This document shows positions 24,939-38,098 of a stretch of DNA of 64,000 bases, in pieces (within the stretch, counting starts at the first letter, position 1; each line of letters begins with the position of its first letter). The position numbers were made by a program, and so were the translations under genes. The notes under the pieces were generated by a model. That model searched no databases and was not told the DNA's origin. It was given only the letters and a program-made list of their open reading frames with translations. Source of the stretch: Vicugna vicugna (Eukaryota); contig MU058636.1 of assembly GCA_013265495.1 (NCBI GenBank), positions 4,933,741 through 4,997,740 of the forward strand, given 5' to 3'.

Positions 24939-26032
24939 GAATGTCTGAAGAGTGTTCCATTGGAATTAAATTTGAAATTAAGTCTGGCTTTATCAATTAC
25001 AAGTGTTACGACCTTGTGGACTGTGGACATGTTGCTTCTCTTAATCTCTAAGAGAACATCATGTATCTCAGGGTTACTGGAATAACACAAAGTACATAAA
25101 AGTAACTTATGTAGCTCCTCGCAAATAGGTGCTTAGCGACTGTTAGTTTTATTCTTTCATTTATTATATAATAAATACAATAATTTGCCAATCTAAAAGT
25201 AAACTTTTCTTTTCAAAATACTGAAGTATTTTCATATGTACTTGCCTCCAGCCAGAGACTTCCCTAACACTGTGAAATACAGTTACATCTTGGGTTCTAG
25301 AAATTTGTCAGGATGCTAAGCTAGAAGTGACAATTCTTCTCTTTTAAACAATTTTATATTTTAAAAACACAAATGGAGATCGTAGTATATATGTGTATTG
25401 TTTTGCTGCTTCAATTTAATATGTATTTTGGACTTTGATCTGGGTCAGCACATAAATTGCCTCATCAGTTTTAGTTTTGTATGTGTATACCAAAAATTGC
25501 TTAACTTTTCCAATGCAGGACATGTAGGCAATTTTCAGAATTTTGCTATTATACCTATCTCTGCATGTAAATACAAAAAAATGTAGTCTATGTTGCCATT
25601 GCCTGGTATCTTGAGGTTGAAACTGGCATGGGGCTAAGGGAAGAGTCAAAGAAATGGGACCGAATTAGAACCAGGAGCAGTAATGGAACCATACCGAAAA
25701 CCTTCTCTACTTTGGGATTACTGTTTATTTTCCTGACAGTAAACCCTTTTTTGTTGTTGAATGTAGCTGGATTAGGAAATTTCGTTCCTTAACACGTCAC
25801 AAATCCAAATGAATATTGTGAGGCTTTTCACTAGTCTCAGTAGAAATGGTCTAGTGTTTTGTAATTAAGTTTAATTATTTGTTCTTTACTTCTGAAAACT
25901 AGTTTATCGTGTTGAAGAATTTTCTTTCTCATCCTGTTTTGCTGTAAGATATTTATATAAATCAGGAATAGTGAGCAGTTTAATTTAGATAATCTTGTGC
26001 TTTTTTTTTTTTTGCCGATCAATAGAATTCTT

Positions 26033-26118
26033 TCATTAATAAATTCTCTGATGTTGACAGTCTTTGCGGAGTGAATCATTAATAAATTCTCTGATGTTGA
26101 CAGTCTTTGCAGAGTGAA
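26033..26118. repeat. Tandem duplication, 43 bp x2 (one mismatch)
   Basis: tcattaataaattctctgatgttgacagtctttgc(g/a)gagtgaa at 26033-26075 and 26076-26118. Confidence 0.95.
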
Positions 26119-27845
26119 CTTGTTTGCGAGAGAGCCATCGCACACTAGTGAGACAGTGAAATCATGTACATATTTATTACTTGCCTCATCTAAAACAGAT
26201 TCCTGAGCTATGATTGAACCACCTCTGAATCAGTACCCCTGACTTAAAGAATTGCTGTATCCTCATAGCTTAAATCTATTTTACCTTAAACCATCCATTT
26301 ACTCTCTAGGGAGGGGGAACTATACTGATTATCTTGGCTAGTTAGGGCCTATTTAATGGACTTAGATGTTACTACTACCCTAAATTCATTGCAGCTATGT
26401 TATCAAAGAGGGGTGTAATGATTGTAGGGGAGGCAGGCACATATCCACATTGTTTTGGGCATTTTTGCAATGTAAAAATATGAGATAAATAAGAGACTTG
26501 TCAAATGTCTACTAGATTTTTTTCCTCTTGTGATACACCTGATAGTGACATTTTTTTTCTGTTGGGTTGTTTTTCTTCACTGTTTATTGATGTTCTTAGT
26601 GTATTCTGGTTGCTAGCTTTAAAAAAAAGTTGAATTGCAAATACCTTTTCCCATATGAGGTATTAATTTTAATGTAGTAAAACTTATCAGTCTTTTATTT
26701 TTTGATTTATGTATTTAATTACATTTGGTTTGATTTAAGAAATCTTTCCAGACTTGGATAATAAAACACATCTCTTGTTTTAAACCTTCGTCTTTCATTT
26801 TAGTTTATTGGGGGTGCTGTTATATCTTTTTCGCCGCCAACAGTGGGATAGGCCTTGAAATTCTTTTTTTCCTTTATGAATATTCAGATTCCTTTAATAA
26901 AGACTGTCTTTTCTGCATTGATCTGTAAAACTAACTCTCATAATCAAGTTTCCATATGTGTGTGGGTCTATTTCTGGACTCAGTTCTGTTCCATGATCTT
27001 TTTGTCTATCCTCACTGTAATAACTTTTGCTATCTGGTAGGACACATTCCCTCTACTCTATTTTTCATGGGTGTTCTGGCTTTTTGCACATCCAGATAAT
27101 TTTAAAATTGGTGCTAAAGTCTTTCAGGTGCTCTGTTGAATTATATATCTAGAATACTTTGGGGGAGAATTGACATCTTTATCATAGTGAATATCTTTAT
27201 GATATGAACATAATACACCTGTAATCAATTATACTTTATGTTTTTTAATAAGGTATTGTAGTTTTCGTCTTGTAGGTCTTAAACATGTTTGCTTAGATTC
27301 TAAAAACGCACCTTATACTTTTGATTTTAAATTACATTTTCAGCTGCTTTGACTAGTATATGGAAATACAGTAGATTTTTGCATGGTAATCTGTCCATCT
27401 TGCTAAGCTTTTAGTTTTCTAATATTTTTCTATTTATGAATTTCTGTATAGCAGATTGTGTCACCTGCAAATATAAATAATAGTTTCTTTCTAATCCTTA
27501 TACCACTCATTTACTTTTCTTAGAGTACTAGTTAGAGTCTTCTGGTAAATATTAAAGAGTAGTAGTGATAGTGGAATTATTATTGTTTCTGATTTTGAAA
27601 GAAATACTTGATATGTTTCACCATTAAGAATGATGTTTTTTGTTGGTTTTTGGTAGGTAACCTTTATCAGGTAACCATATTTCCTTTTCTTGTATCTTTA
27701 GCAAAGGGGTATTGATTTTTCATGTGTTGAGACAGTTTTATTTCTTCCTTCAATGTGTTGATGTGGTAAGTGATACTGATAGATACCTTTCTGGTCATAA
27801 ACCAATCTTGGGTTATTAGGAAAAATTGAATTTGGTCATAATATA

Positions 27846-28043
27846 AGTGTACTGCCCAATATAGTAGCCACTAGCCACATGTGGCGATTTAAATTTAAAT
27901 TAATGAAAATTAAATAAAATTAAAAATCCAGTTTCTAAGACATACCAACCATATTTCAAGTGTTAATTGAAGCTAGCAGCTGTCATATTGAACAATGCAA
28001 ATTAGAACATTTCCATTGCAGAAAATTCTATTGGGCAGTGCTG
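27846..28043. mobile_element. MER3/MER33-type hAT DNA transposon
   Basis: ctgcccaata..gtagccactagccacatgtggc..aaaattctattgggcagtgctg, with inverted termini. Confidence 0.85.
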
Positions 28044-28417
28044 TAATAATCACTCTTTTAAAAGTACGTTGTTGGATTTACGTGGCTAATTCATGTACAT
28101 ATGTTTGCTTATGAGTTATCGTAATATTTTCTGATTTTCATGTCAAAGTTATATTAGTTTCACAGAAAGAGATGGGAAATACTCTTCATTTCTGTTCTCT
28201 GGAAGCTTTTGTAAAAAGATGGAACCATTGTATTCTCTAAGTTTGAAACAACTCATTAAGCCTGATGTTTTGTTTGTGGGACGATTTTAATTTTCAGTTT
28301 CTTTAATGATTACTAGCCTATTTAAATTTTTTTTATTTCTTCTAGAATAAGCTTTTGTTACTTACATGTTTTCTAGGAAATTATATCACCTGAGTTATCA
28401 GGTTTATTAGCATAAAT

Positions 28418-28611
28418 CAGGAGTCAGCAAACTGTTGCCTGCAGGCTGCCTGCCTCTTTTTGTAAATAGAGTTTTATTGGATGAGTGATACTCATTCATA
28501 TTGTCTGTGATTGCTTTAGTGCTATAAATGCAGAGTTAGGGCAGAAGGTATGAGCCACAAGCCAGAAACATTTATTGTGTAGTGCTTTAAGGAAGAGGTT
28601 GTCAGTCCTTG
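28418..28611. mobile_element. MER58-type hAT DNA transposon
   Basis: caggagtcagcaaact..tttgtaaatagagttttattgga..gaggttgtcagtccttg. Confidence 0.8.
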
Positions 28612-29415
28612 GCTTAATATATTCTTAAAGTCATCCTTTTAATACTCATACTAATCTCTGTAGTTAATCCCTTTTTAAAATTCCTAATATTAATTCTTGA
28701 AATTTCTATTCTTGATCCACCTCATCAAAAATTCACCAATTAAAAAAATTATTTAGATGTATTCTCCTAATTAATTAATTTCTGCTCTTTACTATTTTCT
28801 TTCTCTATTCTTTGGGATCATTTTTGGTTTATTCTTATTTTCTTTTCCTGGCTTTTTAGGTTTCATGCTTAACAAATTTATTTTAACCTTTTTTTCTTTT
28901 CAGCATAAACAAATAAGGCTTTCAATTTTCCTTTCTATTCTATTTTCTCTAATTCTTACAGGTTTTATGTCTATTTTTTCTTATGTCTCTCAGTTATAAT
29001 TATTTTATTATTTTCGTGTTTTTATAGTTCCTAATGTGGAACTGCTTATCTTTTCGGTTTCTACTCATTGATTACATTTTAGTCAAAAGTGTGCAGTGTG
29101 TGAGATTTGGATTCTTTTGAATTTGTTATATACAAGATTGCCATTAGTTATTTTAAGTGTTACATACTGTGCTTAAGAATCTGTAAGGGTACAGGGTTCT
29201 ATAAATGACCAACAAATCAACCTTGTTAATTATCTTATATAAGTCTTCTGTATCTTTAGTAATTTTTCTAGTGTGTAATCTGTCAATAGTAGAATAAGTG
29301 TTAAAATGCTTTGTACTGTGTTCATGGGTATGTCAGATTATCCCTATGGTTTTATCAAATTTTGCTATATTTGCATGTTATCTAATAGTTCATATAAATT
29401 TAAAATTACTTTCCT

Positions 29416-30065
29416 TATATCTGGAGGAAACTCTAATTTGAAAAGATACAAGCACCCTGGTGTTCATAGCAGCACTATATATAATAGCCAAGACATGAAG
29501 GGAACCTGAATGTCCATCAACAGATGACTAGATCAAGAAGTTGTGGTATATATATTATTATTATTGTTTCTGATTTTAGAAGGAATACTTGATATGTATG
29601 ATAAGTATGATGGAATACTACTCAGCCATCAAAAGAGTAAAATGCCATTTGCAGCAACATTCTTTGACCTGGAGATTGTCATACTAAGTGAAGTAAGCCA
29701 GAAAGAGAAAGAAAAATACTGTATGATATCACTTATATGTGGAATCTGAAAAAAATGACACAAATAGACAAATGAAATTTACAAAACAGAAAGAGACAGA
29801 CATAGGAAACAAACTTATGGTTACCTGGAGAGGTGAGGGGGATAAATTGGGAGTTCAGGATTTTCAGATAACAAACTACTATATATAAAATAGATAAAAC
29901 AAGGACCTACTGTATAGCACAGGGAACCATAATAACCTTGTAATAACCTATAATTAAAAAGAATATGAAAAGGAATATATATATGTATAACAAATACTGT
30001 GCTGTACACCAAAAATTAACAACATTGTAAACTGACTGTACTTCAATAAAAAAATAAATAAAATT
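29416..30065 (+). mobile_element. Young 5'-truncated LINE-1 with intact target-site duplication
   Basis: L1 ORF2 end and 3' UTR (gttcatagcagcacta..atgccatttgcagcaaca), AATAAA and an A-tail. 13-bp TSD aaattactttcct at 29403-29415 and 30066-30078. Confidence 0.92.
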
Positions 30066-31080
30066 AAATTACTTTCCTGGTGATTAGAATATTTTAATAA
30101 TTTTTGATGACCTCTCTATGTCCTATAATTCTTTGTCTTTTAAAATCTTTTTGCCCATTGATAATAATGTAAGCAACCGCTTTTCTTTTTCTTATAGTTT
30201 CCATTTTCTATTTGTCCTACCTTTCCTTTTTCTTTGCTTCCTTTTATTTCTTTTTTAAAAAGTTATTTTCATTTTAGCACAGTCTTTTCTTTTTTATTAA
30301 AGTTTCGTTTTAATTGAATAAATTTAACATGTAACATTGTGTAAGATGTACAACAGGTTACTATGATACATTTATATGTTGTATAAGTGTAGATGTAGCT
30401 ATATTAATCACATTGCCTACAGTACAATATTATTTCTGTGTTCATTATTCTGTGCATTCAATTTCTATGGCTTATCTTCTACTTATAAATTTGTACCCCT
30501 AAACACCATCAATGTTGTCCCCTTTTTCCCTACTCCATGCACCCCTGGTAAGCACCAATTTTTTTTTTATGGGTTCAACTTTTTGGATTCTACTTATAAG
30601 TGATAACATACAGTACTTGTCTTTGTCAGATTTGTCTCACTTAGCATAATATGCTCAAGTTACATCTGTGTTATTGCAATGGCAGGTTATCCTTCTTTCT
30701 TATGGTTGAATAATAATTCCTTTGTGTGTATGTATTACTTCTATATTATCCATTTATCCACTGATGGATATTTGGGTTGATTCCATATTTTGGATATAGT
30801 AAATGAAGTTGTGATAAACCTGGAGGTGCATGAACTCATCAAAATCCTGTTTTCATTTCCTTTGGGTATATACTGAGAAGTGTAATTGCAGAAGTGTAAT
30901 TGTTGGTTTGTATGGTAGATCTATTTTAATTTGTTGAGGAACCTACCTCCATTGTTGCTTTCCATAGTGGCTAGACCAATTTACATTCCCAGCAACAACG
31001 TATAAGGGTTTGCTTTACACCTCATCTTTGCCAGCACCTTTTGTCTCTTGCCTTCTTGATCATAGATCTCTCTCTCTCTC

Positions 31081-31204
31081 TTTTTTTTTTTTGGTGGGGG
31101 GAAGGTAATTAGGTTTAATTAATTAATTTTTTAATGGGGGTACTGGGATTGAACCCAGGGCCTTGTTCATGCTAAGCACACTACTACTGAGCTATACTCT
31201 CCCC
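31081..31204 (-). mobile_element. tRNA-derived SINE (camelid vic-1 type) inserted in L1
   Basis: Same tRNA-Ala-like head (gattgaacccaggg..catgctaagc..actgagctatac), ggtaattagg linker and T12 tail on +. Flanked by tagatctctc / tagatatctc. Confidence 0.88.
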
Positions 31205-32825
31205 TGTTAGATATCTCATTGTGGTATTGACTTGCATTCCCTGATGATTAGTGATACGGAGCATCTTTTCATGTGCCTGTTGGCCATTTTGATGTTCTTT
31301 TGGGAAAAATGTCTTTATTTTTTCTGCCCACTTTTTAATTGCATTGTTTGTATTTTTGTTATTAAATTCTTTGTATATTTTGTATATTAACCCGTTATCT
31401 GATATATGGTTTGGGAAATTTCTCTCTGTGCATTTTTTTCACTTTGTTATTTCTTTTGCTGTACAGAAGTTTTTGAGTTTGATGTAGTTCCATTTGTTGA
31501 TTTTTACCTTTGCTGTTTGTGCTTTTGGTGTCGTGTCCAAAAAAATCATTGCTAAGACCAATATTGGCCAGCTTCTTACCTGCATTTCCTTCCAGGAGTT
31601 TAATGGTATCAAGTCTTGTTTTGTCTTTGATCCATTTTGAGTTAATTTTTGTTAGTTGTGAGTGTTGTGTGATTGGGGACCAGTTTTTTTGTTATGCATA
31701 TATTTCTCCAGTTTTCCCAGCATTGTTTCTTGAAGAGACTATTCTTTTCCCTTTGGGTATTTTTGGCTTCCTTGTTAAATATTATTTGACCATATATGCC
31801 AGGGTTTAATTCTGGACTCTCTGTTCTGTTCCATTAGCTGATGTGTCTGTTTTCTGTGTTTTTATTACTGTGGTTTTATGGTATAGTTTGAAGTCTGGAA
31901 GTGTGGTGTCTTTGGCTTTATTCTTTTTTTCTTAGTATTGCTTTGGCTGTTTGGGGTCTTTTGTGGGCCCATACAAATTTTAGGATTATTTCTTCTATTC
32001 CAATGAAGAATTTCATTTTTGTTTCATGGAGGTTATGTTTAATCTGTGTATAGCTTTGAGTAGTATGGCCACTTTAACAATATTCTTTTGATTCATGAAC
32101 ATGAGAAATCTTTCCATTTGTTTGTGTTTTTGATTTATTTTAGCGGAGTCTTGTAGTTTTCATTATGCAGATCTTTCACTTCCTTGGTTAAATTTGTTGA
32201 TAAAAAAATTTTTTTTGATGCTGTTGTAGCTTGAATAGTTATCTTTATTTTTCCAATGCTTCATCATTAGTATAAAGGACTGCAGCTCATTTTTGTATGT
32301 TGATTTTGTATCCTGCCCCTTAACCAAAGTTATTGATTAATTTAAATAGTTTTTTGTTAAATTTTTTGGGATTCTATATATGAGATCATGTCATTAGCAA
32401 ATAGCAACTGTTTTACTAATTTGGATGCTTCTTACCTGTCCATCTTGTGTAACTGTTTTAGCTAGGACTTTCAGTAATATTTTGAGTTGGAATGATGAAA
32501 ATGGGCATCCTTGTCTTGTTCTGGATCTTAGAGGAAACACTTTGAATTTCTTTCCATTGAACATAACGTTAGTTGTGGGTTTGTCTTATATGACATTTGT
32601 TATGTTGAGGTATGTTCCTTCCATACCCTCTGTGTTGGGGTTTTCATCATGAAAGGATTTTTGTATTTTGCCAGTGCTTTTTCTGTGTCTTTTGAGATGA
32701 TCATGTGATTTTAATCTTTTATTTTATCGATATGATACGTTACATTTATTGACTTGCATATATTGAACAATCCTTATATCCCAGGGATAAATCCCACTTG
32801 GCCATGGTGTATGATCTTTTGATGT

Positions 32826-32955
32826 ATACTCCCCCCTACCTCCAACCCCAAGGGTGGAGGTAATTAGATTTATTTATTTTAATGGAGGTCCTGGGGATTG
32901 AACTCAGGACCTTGTGCATGCTAAGTATCTACCACTGAGCTTTATCCTCCCCCAC
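32826..32955 (-). mobile_element. tRNA-derived SINE (camelid vic-1 type) inserted in L1
   Basis: Head ggggattgaactcaggaccttgtgcatgctaag..ctaccactgagc. Target-site duplication cttttgatgt at 32816-32825 and 32956-32965. Confidence 0.88.
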
Positions 32956-35900
32956 CTTTTGATGTGTTCTTGAATTTGGCTTGCTAATTGAGAATTTTTG
33001 CATCTATATTCATAAGGAATATTGGTCTATATATTTTTTCTTATAGTATCCTTATCTGGTTTTTGTATCAAGGTAATGCTGACTTCGTAGAATGAGTTAG
33101 AACATATTCCCTTTTTCTTAATATTTTGGAAGAGTTTGAGGAGGATTTGTGTTAATTCTTTAAATGTTTGGTAGAATTTTCCATTGAAGCTGTCTGGTCC
33201 TGGAGTTTTCTGTGTTGGGAGGTTTTAAATTATTGATACAATCTCTTCTCATTATTGATCTGTTCAAATTTTATGATTCTTCTTGATTTAGTCTTGATAG
33301 ATTGTTTCTAGAAATGTATCAGTTTCCTCTAGGTTATGTAATTTGTTGGCATAAAAATTGTTCTTAGTAGTCACTTATGATTCTATGTATTTCTGTATTA
33401 TCAGTTGTAATGTCTCCTTTTTGTCTTTAATTTTGAGTCTTCTTTTCTTTTTTTTTTTTGAAGTAGCTGAAGGTTTGTCTATTTTGTTTATCTTTTTGAA
33501 GAACCACCTCTTAATGTCATTTTGATCCTTTTCATTGTTTTCCTGGTCTCTCTTATTTCTGCTCTGACCTTTATTGTTTCCTTTCTTTTACTAACTTTGA
33601 ACTTAATTTGTTCTTCTTTTTCTGGTTCCAAAAGATAGTTGGTATAGTTTCAGTTTTCTCAAATTTGCCAAGATTTGTCTTGTGGCCTAAGATCTATTCT
33701 GGAGAATGTTCCATGTGCACTTGAGAAGAATGTGTATTCTGCTGCTGTTGGATTAATTGTTCTTTATATGTCTGTTAAGTCTATATGTTCTAAGGTGTGG
33801 TTCAATTCCATTGTTTCCTTACTGATTTTCTGTTTGGATGATTTATCCATTGCTGATAGGGGGAGTTTGAAGTCCCATATTATTATTGTATTGTTGTCTA
33901 TTTCTCCTTTAAGATTTGTTAGTATTTGCTTAATATTTTCAGTGCTTGAGTGTTAGGGGCATTTACACTTAGTTTTGTTATGTCTGTACATGTTGATCCC
34001 TTTATCATTACATAATGACCTTTGTCTCTTGTTACTCTTTTGGCTTGAAGTCTGTTTTGTCTGATACAAGTATGCTCTGCCTGCCTGCTTTTGATTTCCA
34101 TTTGCTTGGAATATCATCTTCTGTCCTTTCACTTTTAAGTCTAGTATGTCTGTAGAGCTGAAGTGAGTCTCCTATAGGCAGCATATAGTTGGGTCTTTTT
34201 TTTTAAATTCATTCAGCTACTGTGTCTTTTGGTAGGTGAGGTCAGTTTACATTTAGGGTCATTATTGATATGTAAGGGTTTACTGCTGCCATTTTATCTT
34301 TTGCCTTCTGGTTATTTTGTCTTTCCGATGTTTCGTTTTCTTTCTGTTTACCTTTGTAGGTGGGTTTCCAGGGCGATTTGCTCAATCTCTGCCTTATTTG
34401 TTTTGTGTCTCCTCTAGATTTTTGCTTGGTGTAGTTACTATGAGGTTTACATAAAACATCTTATAAATAGTCCTTTTTCTGCTGATAACAATTTATTGTC
34501 ACTCACCTATAAAAGTTTTATCCTTTTACTCTTCTTCCTTTATATTTTCAGTGTCACAAAGTATCTTTTTATGCTGTGATTTCATTACCAAGTTGTAGTA
34601 GCTACAGTTATAGTTTACATTTCTCTTTGTCATCCAGTATCTCTTAAATCCCTTTAAAATCTCTCATCTGTTTGTCTCTTGACCCTGCATTTTAGGTAGT
34701 TGATTCAGATTGCTAACATTTATGACTTTTTCTATCCAATTTTAATCTCTTTAAATGGTCCATGGAAATTTTGAGATCAACTGTTACTTTTATTACAATC
34801 CCTGTCCCCCAGTCTTTCTGGTTATTTTCAGCAGCCTCTTCCTGCTAGCTTATTTTGTAATTTCATTTAACAGTTTTCTTTTAGCATTTCATTCATATTT
34901 TACCTTTTGGCAATCAAATTTTAATATTTGAATTCAGTGGTGCATGAATCTCGCATGTGGTATTCATTTTCTTATGTGTTTGGTGATCCTTGAATAGAAT
35001 TCATGTTTTGTTGAGCTTAATATGTGGAAAATTTGGGCGCCTACACTGAGAAGTTTTTTTTTTTTTTTAAAGTCCACAGAGGATTTGCTTCTGTACCTGC
35101 TAAATACAGGATTTATTATATCCTGGGAACTTTCTAAGGTCCATGCTTAAAGGATGACTCTCAGGTTCAACTTCCTTCTTGTAGCTGGCACAGTGCTGAT
35201 ATGGACATTTGCCCTGTTGAATCTCCATGTGCATACTGCTTACTGCCCAAGTTTCAAGTCATCCTGTTTTTACGAGAATGGAGAGATGGGGAGTATAGAA
35301 GAGAAGGTGGATTATGGAAATGCTCTTGTAGATTTTTCTTTATATGAGTTCAACAGTATTACAGTTTTCTGTTGACGCATTTGGACCCTTCATAATAGAT
35401 AGACTGTATACTACTGGATATGAGTGTTCAATTTTTTTAAGTGTATTTGTTGAGCTCTTCACTGCTTTTGTTGGTATAGTTCTCTCTCCCCTCATCCCTT
35501 CCAGTTGGGATTTATCATGCCCTCAGGTCACTAGAATTCTCTGTTTTACTATTGCTGCTTTTCATAGCAGCTTACTTTAGTTACTATGTATACAAGTTTC
35601 TCCACATTTCATTGCCAGTACTAATTAAAAAACTTTCTGTTGTGTCTTTTTGTATTAACTTTATTTTATTTGGCCTTTTCTCTCATTCTCAGTTTGTGTA
35701 CCTATTTTGGATTCTGACTCTCCTGTTGTCTTTGTTGATTTATCCTTATTCAGTTATATTTGTAAGTGAAATTCTCAATTAGTCATTATTGGTAGCAGGT
35801 GTGGGCTTCTTTAGCCATTGTACCAATTAGAATTATTTTCTCTAGATGGGTCCTTCTAAGGGAATGGGTAGCTCTAGTTTTTTCTCTTTGTGACTTATCC

Positions 35901-37564
35901 CAAGTTTGGTAAATAACTGAGGCAGGCTTTAAAAGTAGAATTATTTTTAGGGTATGTGGGTTGGGAGCACACTGGTAGGGCTTGTGTCTCCTGTGAGCAA
36001 AACAGATGGCTGAGAGAGCATCTGGGTCACAAAACCCCAACTTGATGTGTCTTACAGTCTATGCCAAGTCAAGAAAGCTCAAGTGCAAAGTCTTTATCCC
36101 TTAATTCTATTTTGGTTTCTGGTGGACTTTCAGAATCCTATTGTTTGCTGTGTTCTTTGAGCTGAGATTACTGGCAGGAATTAGGAAAGGTGTTGCTGTA
36201 GAGGTAAGAGTATATTATTGGAAGATTCTGTTTGCTTGTTTGTTAATTATGGTGGCCCAAAGCTAAGGAACTTTTATCTTCTTGTCTTTATTCAGTCCTC
36301 TCCTCCCCGACCCCAATTCTGAGTTGAGGTGTTCTACTGAGTCCTGGTTTTGCTTGTGTTGACTATCAGTATTGGTGATCTTTTGATTTCTGACACTGCT
36401 GTCATTTTTTCCTTAGTTTTTGTTTATTTGACCATTTTAATGGTTTGGGGGAGTAGGAGAAAGAAATGTGATAATGTAGTTGACCACTGTAAAATCAGCA
36501 GTTGTGTTGAAAAAGAGTTAAAGATTTATTCTTATTTTCAAGTTGGAAAGTTCTTTCTTAACTAGAGATAAAATTTTGATGATTTTTTTTTTTTACAGTC
36601 AGCTCTTATTCATGCAGATTCACTCCTTCCTTATTCTCCCTCTCCCTGCCCTTTCTGTTGTTTTTATTTGTTTTTTGGAATGGATGGTGAGGTGAAAATC
36701 TTAAGATTTTGTTATATTATTTCCAAATAATAAATTTGTTCTCTCTTTTCTCCTTCTCTCTTAATGCACTTTAAATTATCTATTTATTTATTTTAGGTTG
36801 AGAAGTCACTGAGGTAATTTTTTAGGCCAGAGTTTTGTAAACCATGTTTCAATTTGTGTAGAAAAATCTCAGAATGAATTACATACGAGAAGAATATAAT
36901 TGAGACTTTTTTTTCCATTGTATTTATATACTGGGTTGTATTGCAGTTAAAAAAATAAGTTTGAAAGTCATTGTCCTAGCTTTAGGCCATGGATTGTGCC
37001 TCCTCAAAGAATCTATTATTTAATCCTCTATAAAGCTGAGCCACCTAATTGAAGGTAAGGGAAGGCCTCCTTCCTTCCCTGCAGCAACCTAAAACTAATT
37101 GTTAAAGAGGTTCCAGTGAATACTGTCAGAAGTGTGGAGGAGGTAGGCCAGACTATGGTTCTAGGCTCCTCATCAGCAAACAGAGACTTCTGCTTTTTAA
37201 ATATTGTGTAATTTTTAGTATAGTGGGAGATTTTGTTTGAAAGTGAGCTCATCTGCTAGAGTGAAAACTGTTGTTAGGTAACCAACGCTATGAGACTGAC
37301 TTGTCTTTAAATAAACCAACATAATACAACAACATTTGGGGTTTTTTTCCCTTATTTTTTCCCCCTTATTTAATTACTGTATTCAACCTTTAGTTTTGTC
37401 TCCTGCTTTTCTAGAACGAAATGTGATGGTGATAAGCCTGTTGCCATCTTACTCATTTTTGGTATTTTTTCAGTGTTCACAATTTTTAATTTTCATTGCC
37501 CTGTCACCAGTGTAGATAGGGTAAATGTTGTACCATGGTGCAAAACGTCTGTGAGAATCCCTGC

Positions 37565-38098
37565 ATTGAGAATTTCTTGGTTCATGGTGCTTTTAGTGTT
37601 TCATCATTTTTTCATAGTGAAAAATAATACCTAACAATTCTGTTTAGTTAGGCACAATAGCTTAATAAGTACTTATGGTCCAAGAATTACACTTACATTG
37701 AAAGAAAAAAAATAGTTCTTTTTTATTATTAAATAGCGGCAGTTACTTATTGATGGGATTTGTATGCCTGTTGGGCATGTACAAGTTCTAAAGTCTTACT
37801 AGAATCAGATTCGACACTGCCACCTGCATTTCCTGTTTCACATTGATTTCCATGCAGTACTTGTTATCACATCAACTGCCCCAAACCCAGTTTCTCAAAG
37901 ACATGGTAACCATCAAAAGGAACGTAGAATGATCTCCTGTTGAAATGGTACTCCCTTGAGCTAGTAGTTCACCTCGTGTTTGACAGCTTTTGACAATCGC
38001 CGTGTTTTCCTTCATAATTAAAAGTATCCTACAATACCTGTGAGTTTGCTGTGGTGGTCATGGTGTTCCAAGATGTCTCGGTGCACAGTTTGGTAGCT
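37565..38098 (-). mobile_element. hAT-Charlie DNA transposon (MER119-like) retaining a transposase C-terminal fragment
   Basis: Minus strand 37800-37910 reads CL*ETGFGAVDVI / KYCMEINVKQEMQVAVSNLI, resembling the hAT dimerisation-domain motif YLCExGFS. The end reads tcggtgcacagtttgg. Confidence 0.75.

Larger units (their letters stand above)
26530..29415 (-). mobile_element. Ancient LINE-1 (L1ME-like) relic
   Basis: gggtctatttctggactc..gggagaattgacatcttta..tgtttcaccattaagaatgatg. Confidence 0.7.
30290..34600 (-). mobile_element. LINE-1, about 4.3 kb (3' UTR plus most of a decayed ORF2), carrying two SINE insertions
   Basis: Continuous antisense L1 (gggcatccttgtcttgttc, gggataaatcccacttg, gagaatgttccatgtgcacttgagaagaatgtgtattc). 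The minus ORF piece RDKGHYVMIKGS is from the ORF2 endonuclease domain. Confidence 0.92.

Noticed and set aside
11539..26118. Direct repeats that might suggest a CRISPR-like array
   Set aside because: Each has only two copies, with no spacer series and no cas genes, in a mammalian intron.
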